Assembly (NCBI GenBank): GCA_963771275.1
Contig: CAVYSW010000003.1
Location: 128,001-192,000, forward strand
DNA from: an uncultured Gemmatimonadales bacterium
GTDB taxonomy: Bacteria > Gemmatimonadota > Gemmatimonadetes > Gemmatimonadales > GWC2-71-9
DNA length: 64,000 bases
Direction of reading: 5' to 3'
Shown: piece after piece, positions 58,356 through 64,000 of the stretch
Layout of the letters: each line of letters begins with the position of its first letter
Numbering within the stretch: the first letter of the stretch is position 1
Notes under the pieces: generated by a model
The model's database searches: none
Told to the model about the DNA's origin: nothing
Seen by the model: the letters and a program-made list of their open reading frames with translations, nothing else
Program-made: the position numbers and the translations under genes

Positions 58356-60274
58356 CGCCGTGCGGCCCACTCCCGCAGAAACGCGGCCGCCCCCGCGGCG
58401 ATGCCGCGCGCGTAGCGCTCCTGGCCCGCGGCGCTCGTGAGCATCGCTTCCTGCTCGGGGATCATCAGGAACAGGCCCTCGGTGAGCACCGCGGGCATCC
58501 AGGTCGGCCGCGCGAGGGCGAGATCGCCGCGCCCCATGCCGAGGTCGCGCAGTCCGAGCTCGTGCACCAGCGCCCGCTGCATCGCGCGGGCAAGCGCCGC
58601 GCTGCGCGGCTGGAAGTAGTAGGTGCTCGTGCCGTTGTTCACAAATGGGTTCACGCCGTCTGGCAGCGCATTCGCGTGAATCGAGATCAGCAGGTCGGCG
58701 TCCGCCGCCTCGGCGGCCGCCGTGCGCTCCACGAGCCCGAGGGGCGCCGCGTCGGGACGCACCTGCACGACCCGGGCGCCGGCCCGCTCCAGCAGTTCCT
58801 GCGCCCGCCGCGCGACGGCGAGCACGACATCCGCCTCGTACGCGCCGGTCGGGCCCGTGGCGCCGAGCGGCGGGTGGCCGGCGTCCAGCGCGATGACCCG
58901 GCCGCGCAACGGGTGCCGCCGATCGATGACCGGCGGCCGGCGGATCTCGAGTAGCAGGTCGCTGCCCGACCAGCGGGTGCGGTATCCCCACAGCGGACGC
59001 GCGAGGTCCACCGTCACCTGCGTCTCATCCTCGGCGGGGACGGCGAACCGAATCAGACCGACCAGGGAGTCCGTCCCGCCGTACTGAATCCAGTCGGCGT
59101 CGGCCGCCACCCCATAGAGCGTGAGCGTGAGACGGCGATCGTCCTCGTCCACGCGGAACGGCACCCGGCCGGGGAGCGGCACGCGCAGCGTGACGGACCG
59201 CGGTTCCGGGTAGAGGCGCAGCGGCAGCATCGCGCCACGGAGCGGCGGCGTCCCGTCCGGCAGCGGCTGCACGTCGCTCGCGTCGACCCACGCGACGCTC
59301 CCGGCCGAGAGCTGCAGCCGGGCCTGATCGTTCCAGCGACCGCTCACCACCGCCCGCGTCCCATTGGGGAAGGACCAATTGTAGGTCGCGTGCGGGGCGG
59401 GGCGGCCGGCGAGCGACCGGTCGGTCGTGCCCGTGCGGGCCGTGTCATCGTCCACGATGGCGACCGTGGGCCGCCGCGCGTCGAGGACGGCGATGCGCAG
59501 CGGCCAGCGCACGCGGACCGTGTCGTCCTGCGCGATCGCTTCCACCCACGCGGCCGTCGTGCTGTCGGCCACCGGCCGGCCGAGCACGGGGCCGGGATCC
59601 GGTCCCAGCGCGCCCACCCACCAGGCCGCGTACCGGTCATCGCGCGGCGGTCGCGGGGCACGTGCAGCCGTGCCGAACGCCTGCTCGCCCCCGGACACCG
59701 GCAGCGATACCGTGTCCGGCACGAACGGTACGATCGAGGAGTCCGGGAGCACGAGGCGCACCTCGGCCCCCGGTGAGGCACGGACCCGGAGGGCGACCCC
59801 CTCCCCCTCCCGCAGCCACACGGCCCCGGTCGGGGAGAGCGACGTCGTGTCCACCCACGGGCCGTCCGCGGGCGGCACGAAGCGGTGCGGCAGCGCGGCC
59901 AAGAACACCAGGCTGTCCGTCGCATCGCCGACCGTCGCAACCAGCGTGAACCGCGCCACCGTATCGTCCGGCAGCGGCAGCCACGCGATCCACCCGCCAC
60001 CGCTGGCGACCGGTACGACCACGCCGTTCACGCGCAGGACGGCGTCCGGCCGGCCGACCGAGCCGAACACGAACGCGGAATCGCGACTCTCGATGGGGTG
60101 GGTCGCGCGCCAGCCGATGCTGTCGCGCGCCAGCGGAGGATAGACGACGCGGATCGACGGTGGACCGGTGGCGGGCACCGGGCTGATGGCCGACGCCCCT
60201 CCCAGCCCCCTGCCACAGGCCGCCACCAGGGCGAGGGTGGCGCAAGTTCCCGGGCGCCAAGACCGCCGCCACAT
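58352..60274 (-). CDS. N-acetylmuramoyl-L-alanine amidase (Amidase_3), lipoprotein
   Basis: Lipobox VAAC; IALDAGH, EAD, LISIHANA, PAVLTE. Confidence 0.9.
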   Translation of the reverse strand: MWRRSWRPGTCATLALVAACGRGLGGASAISPVPATGPPSIRVVYPPLARDSIGWRATHPIESRDSAFVFGSVGRPDAVLRVNGVVVPVASGGGWIAWLPLPDDTVARFTLVATVGDATDSLVFLAALPHRFVPPADGPWVDTTSLSPTGAVWLREGEGVALRVRASPGAEVRLVLPDSSIVPFVPDTVSLPVSGGEQAFGTAARAPRPPRDDRYAAWWVGALGPDPGPVLGRPVADSTTAAWVEAIAQDDTVRVRWPLRIAVLDARRPTVAIVDDDTARTGTTDRSLAGRPAPHATYNWSFPNGTRAVVSGRWNDQARLQLSAGSVAWVDASDVQPLPDGTPPLRGAMLPLRLYPEPRSVTLRVPLPGRVPFRVDEDDRRLTLTLYGVAADADWIQYGGTDSLVGLIRFAVPAEDETQVTVDLARPLWGYRTRWSGSDLLLEIRRPPVIDRRHPLRGRVIALDAGHPPLGATGPTGAYEADVVLAVARRAQELLERAGARVVQVRPDAAPLGLVERTAAAEAADADLLISIHANALPDGVNPFVNNGTSTYYFQPRSAALARAMQRALVHELGLRDLGMGRGDLALARPTWMPAVLTEGLFLMIPEQEAMLTSAAGQERYARGIAAGAAAFLREWAARR

Positions 60275-60387
60275 AGGGGCGGAACCTACACAGCTTCAAC
60301 AACCTACGTCAAATCCGCGTTGACCGGGCTGTAGGCGTGGTGATAGATTGGCCTCGCCCCAGGCCCTTCACGGGAGAGTCTCCGCCG

Positions 60388-61248
60388 GTGGCTCAGTGCG
60401 ACCATTGTGGCGCCCAGAATGACGGTGTCTCCACGTACTGCGGGCAGTGCGGCAAGCCGCTCGATCCCGCCAAACGACCCGTGACCAAGCCGTCGTTCCC
60501 CGCTCGGGCGTCCGACGCGCGGCCCTCCGCCGCCGTGTGTCCGCAGTGCGGCCAGGCGCTCGCCCACCACCGCAGCTCGACGCCGCTCGAGCGCGCCCGG
60601 GCGGTCACCCAGCTCGACGAGGCCGGCGCGGAGGTGGCACGCTTTCTCCTCAGGCGCGAAGAAACCTCGATCGGCCGGGTCGACGCCGACATCGCGTTCC
60701 CCGACGACGACTTCGTTTCGCCGATCCACGCGCAGCTGAGCGTGCGCGGGGGAGCGGCGTATGTCCGCGACCTGGGCAGTCGGAACGGGACCTGGTGTTT
60801 CCTCGACGGCCCGTACGTGCTGCAGGATGGCGACCTCCTGCTGATCGGGTCGCAGGTGCTGCGGTTCCGCCGGTTGGGGTATCCGGGCCCCCAGCCGCCG
60901 GAGCAGGACCAGACGCGACGACTCGGCAGCTCGACCCCCGGCGCGGACATTGCAAGCCTCACGCAGCTGCGGGGCGACACCTCCAGCCGGGACGTGCTGC
61001 ATCTCTCCGCCGGGCGCGATGTCGTGATCGGGCGGGAGCGCGGCGACTGGGTGTTCCCGTACGACCTGTCGATGAGCGGCCGGCATGCCGAGGTGCTGTC
61101 GCGCGACGCCGACTTCGTGCTGCAGGACGCCGGGAGCCGGAATGGCGTGGCCATTGCGGTGCGCGGTGAGGTGCGGCTGGCCCCCGGGGCCAAGATCCTG
61201 GTGGGGGACAAGCTGCTGAGAATCGACGAGGGAGCGACCCCGGCGTGA
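60388..61248 (+). CDS. Zinc ribbon + tandem FHA domain protein
   Basis: CDHC/CGQC/CPQC; two IGR...S..HA...D.GSRNG units. Confidence 0.88.
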   Translation: MAQCDHCGAQNDGVSTYCGQCGKPLDPAKRPVTKPSFPARASDARPSAAVCPQCGQALAHHRSSTPLERARAVTQLDEAGAEVARFLLRREETSIGRVDADIAFPDDDFVSPIHAQLSVRGGAAYVRDLGSRNGTWCFLDGPYVLQDGDLLLIGSQVLRFRRLGYPGPQPPEQDQTRRLGSSTPGADIASLTQLRGDTSSRDVLHLSAGRDVVIGRERGDWVFPYDLSMSGRHAEVLSRDADFVLQDAGSRNGVAIAVRGEVRLAPGAKILVGDKLLRIDEGATPA

Positions 61249-62921
61249 AAGTCTGCCCGACTTGCGGCTCCGAATACGCGGACGACCAGAAGTTCTGCCC
61301 GCGCGACGGGACGGCCCTGCGCTCGACGACGCAGGGCAGTCTGGTGGACAGCGTCATCGCCGATCGCTACCACATCGTCAAGAAGCTCGGTGAGGGCGGC
61401 ATGGGTGCGGTCTACCTCGGCGAGCACGTCAAGATGGGCCGGAGCAGCGCCATCAAGGTGATGTCACAGACGATGGCGAGCGATCCCGATGCGATCGCCC
61501 GGTTCAACCGCGAGGCCGCCAACGCGGCCCGCATCAACCACCCGAACGTCTGCCAGATCTACGACTTCGGCGAAACGCCGGACGGCCTCATCTACCTCGC
61601 GATGGAGTTCATCGAGGGTGAGTCGCTGGGCGACGTCCTCGAGCGCGAGGTGCGACTCCCGCCCCCGCGCGCCGTCTCGATCCTGCGACAGACCGCCGAC
61701 GCGCTCCAGGCCGCGCACGACCTCGGGATCGTCCACCGCGATCTCAAGCCCGACAACATCATGCTGTCCCGCGGCCGCGGCGGGGCCGACGTGGTGAAGG
61801 TGGTGGATTTCGGGATCGCCAAGGCCATGAGTGGCGAGGAGGGCCAGCAGGTCACCAAGACCGGGCTGGTCGTCGGCACCCCCGAGTACATGAGCCCCGA
61901 GCAGCTGTCCGGGGACAAGCTGGACGGCCGCAGCGACCTCTATTCCCTCGCCCTGGTGTTCTACCGCTGCCTCACGGGCACATTCGCGTTCCAGGCGGAC
62001 AGCACGCAGGAGATGATGATCAAGCGGCTGACCGACAATCCCCTGCCGCTCAACGTGGCGCAGCCGGGGGCGAGCTACCCCGACGCGCTGCAGCGTGTGC
62101 TCGACCAGGCGCTCGCCCGGATGCCGGCGGACCGCTACGCCAGCGCCGTCCAGTTCGCCACCGAGGCGGCGGCGGCCGTGCGCGGCATGCCGGCCCAGCC
62201 GGCCGCCGGTGATGGGGAGGCCGCGACGCAGCTGCTGAGCGCGACCGACGAGGCGACCCGGCTGCCGCCCACGCAGGTGCGAACGTCGGAGAAGGTGCCC
62301 GCCCCCACCCCGACAGCGCGCACGCCGACCACTCCCCAGCCCGCGTCGTCGCCCTCGCGCCCGTCCGGGCGGCGGGTCCCGGTACTCGCGATCGTCGCCG
62401 CCCTGGTGGTCGTGGGTGGCGGGGCGACCGCGGCGGTCAAGCTCCTGGGCGGTCGCGCCAGGACACCGGCCCGGGACAGCACCCAGGTGGCGCTACCGGG
62501 CGCCATACCCCCCAGCAACGCCGAGTCGACCGCTGCCCGCCCGCCTGACACCGCACGACCGCCGCGCACGGGCGGGGGCACCGAGCGGACGGGCGGCGGG
62601 CCGATCCCGGTGGACACGCCACGCGTGGCGGCGCCGATCCCATCCACGGTGGACAGCGCGGCCCTCGACGCCGAGTTGCTCAAGCTCCTGGACGAGTTCG
62701 GCACCGCCGGCGAAACGACAGCCATTCGCAGGACCCTCGACATCTCCCAGGACGCCCGGGTCCCGGTGAGCCTCCGGGCGCAGGCGGCCGCCATGGCGGC
62801 GAGCGCGCTCGTGACACGGGACCTGCCACGTGCGTGCCGGCTGTGGCAGCAGGCCCAGACGTGGATGCCTACCGTACAGTCGTACACGCAAGCCCTCCAA
62901 TCCGCGAGGTGCGGCTCGTGA
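61245..62921 (+). CDS. Ser/Thr protein kinase with N-terminal zinc ribbon and TM
   Basis: LGEGGMG.VY, AIK, HRDLKPDN, DFGIAK, GTPEYMSPEQ. Confidence 0.95.
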   Translation: MKVCPTCGSEYADDQKFCPRDGTALRSTTQGSLVDSVIADRYHIVKKLGEGGMGAVYLGEHVKMGRSSAIKVMSQTMASDPDAIARFNREAANAARINHPNVCQIYDFGETPDGLIYLAMEFIEGESLGDVLEREVRLPPPRAVSILRQTADALQAAHDLGIVHRDLKPDNIMLSRGRGGADVVKVVDFGIAKAMSGEEGQQVTKTGLVVGTPEYMSPEQLSGDKLDGRSDLYSLALVFYRCLTGTFAFQADSTQEMMIKRLTDNPLPLNVAQPGASYPDALQRVLDQALARMPADRYASAVQFATEAAAAVRGMPAQPAAGDGEAATQLLSATDEATRLPPTQVRTSEKVPAPTPTARTPTTPQPASSPSRPSGRRVPVLAIVAALVVVGGGATAAVKLLGGRARTPARDSTQVALPGAIPPSNAESTAARPPDTARPPRTGGGTERTGGGPIPVDTPRVAAPIPSTVDSAALDAELLKLLDEFGTAGETTAIRRTLDISQDARVPVSLRAQAAAMAASALVTRDLPRACRLWQQAQTWMPTVQSYTQALQSARCGS

Positions 62922-63946
62922 GCCTGTTCAAACTCGGGAGGGAGCCGGCGGTCCGGGTCTCGGTCTTCGCCAAGACCGATCTCGGCCGCACGCGCGACCA
63001 CAACGAGGACACCTTCCTGGTGGCGGACCTCACCACGCGACAGGCGTCGCTCCAGCCGGAGGTCCGGGAGCACGTGCTCGGGCCGCGGGGCTCGCTGCTC
63101 ATGGTGGCCGACGGCATGGGCGGCGCGGCGGCCGGTGAGGTCGCGAGCCAGATGGCGGCGGAGACCGTGTTCGAGCACCTCATGACGACCTGGTGCGAGG
63201 ATGCGGATGCGTCCCCGCAGCAGTTCGCCCTGCGCCTCAAGGAGGCGGTCGAGCAGGCCAACGGCCGGATCAACGAGTACGCTCGGCGGCATCCCGAGCT
63301 CCGCGGCATGGGGACGACGACCACGGCGGTCGGCGTGCTGCAGGATCACCTCTACCTCACGCAGGTGGGCGATTCGCGCGCGTACCTCGTGCGCAGCGGC
63401 CAGGCGATTCAGCTCACGAAAGACCAGTCCCTGATGCAGCGGCTGGTGGACGCCGGCGAGCTCACCGAGGAAGAGGCGGAGCGCAGCGAGCGCAAGAACA
63501 TCATCCTGCAGGCGCTGGGTCCCGACGCGCGGGTCCGCGTCGATCTCACCCACCAGGAGGTCCGGCGCGGCGACGCGATCGTGCTGTGCTCCGACGGCCT
63601 GTCGGGTCAGGTGAGGCGCGAGGAGATCGCGGCGGCGGTCGGGGACGGGAGCCGGGACCTGCCGGCCGTCTGCGCCGACCTGATCGCGCTGGCCAACGAG
63701 CGGGGCGGCCCGGACAACATCACCGTCGTCGTCGCGCGCGTGTCAGGGGACGGCCTCGCCGAGGCCCGGACCGACGACGCCGTGGGCCACGCCGCGTTCC
63801 CGCTGGTGGACGGGGAGTCCACCACGGAGCCGGTGCCCGTTTACAGGGGCAGTCCGGCACCCGAGCCGAAGGGGGCGGCCCGCGCGCTCCTGGTCACGTC
63901 GCTCGCCGTGATCGCCATCGCGGCGGTGATCTACGCCCTGACGTGA
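62918..63946 (+). CDS. PP2C/Stp1 family Ser/Thr phosphatase
   Basis: TDLG..R..NED, VADGMGG, GMGTT, VGDSRAY, LCSDGL, GGPDNIT. Confidence 0.95.
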   Translation: MSLFKLGREPAVRVSVFAKTDLGRTRDHNEDTFLVADLTTRQASLQPEVREHVLGPRGSLLMVADGMGGAAAGEVASQMAAETVFEHLMTTWCEDADASPQQFALRLKEAVEQANGRINEYARRHPELRGMGTTTTAVGVLQDHLYLTQVGDSRAYLVRSGQAIQLTKDQSLMQRLVDAGELTEEEAERSERKNIILQALGPDARVRVDLTHQEVRRGDAIVLCSDGLSGQVRREEIAAAVGDGSRDLPAVCADLIALANERGGPDNITVVVARVSGDGLAEARTDDAVGHAAFPLVDGESTTEPVPVYRGSPAPEPKGAARALLVTSLAVIAIAAVIYALT

Positions 63947-63965
63947 CGCGGCGGCCGCAGGTCCC

Positions 63966-64000
63966 GTGAAGCTCCAGCTTCGCATCCTGACCGGGGCCCG
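63966..64000 (+). CDS. Start of next gene (MKLQLRILTGA...), possibly an FHA protein; truncated by window end
   Basis: GTG 19 nt after the PP2C stop; only 11 codons visible. Confidence 0.4.
   Translation, partial: MKLQLRILTGA

Overview
High-GC bacterial chromosome segment. The gene content (mglBA next to recR, several MacB paralogs, a GWxTD protein, zinc-ribbon Ser/Thr kinases) suggests Gemmatimonadota, but that placement is inference. Most of the window is housekeeping and envelope genes: an NtrY-like sensor kinase, a TolC-MacA-ATPase-4x permease operon, bshB1, iscS-mnmA, an amidohydrolase, an S9 peptidase, a Kef antiporter, a long minus-strand run (amidase to nrdJ, ispG, a TonB-dependent receptor, pyk, ktrBA, ffs, dnaX-ybaB-recR-mglBA-pgsA-cinA-grpE-dnaJ) and an FHA/kinase/PP2C cluster. 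The most unusual structure is a family of 7-nt-period tandem arrays (consensus TAGCGTN / NACGCTA). Three form inverted-arm palindromes welded to stop codons, and two arrays bracket a four-helix-bundle (IVP/Avd-like) gene. A related chimeric array lies about 33 kb away after nrdJ. Also notable are a decayed tRNA-Leu-like gene with a CGC anticodon beside an internally deleted Uma2 remnant, an SRP RNA with a pentaloop in place of GNRA, and a Ser/Thr kinase ending in a TonB-C-like domain. All calls come from reading motifs by eye; no searches were run.
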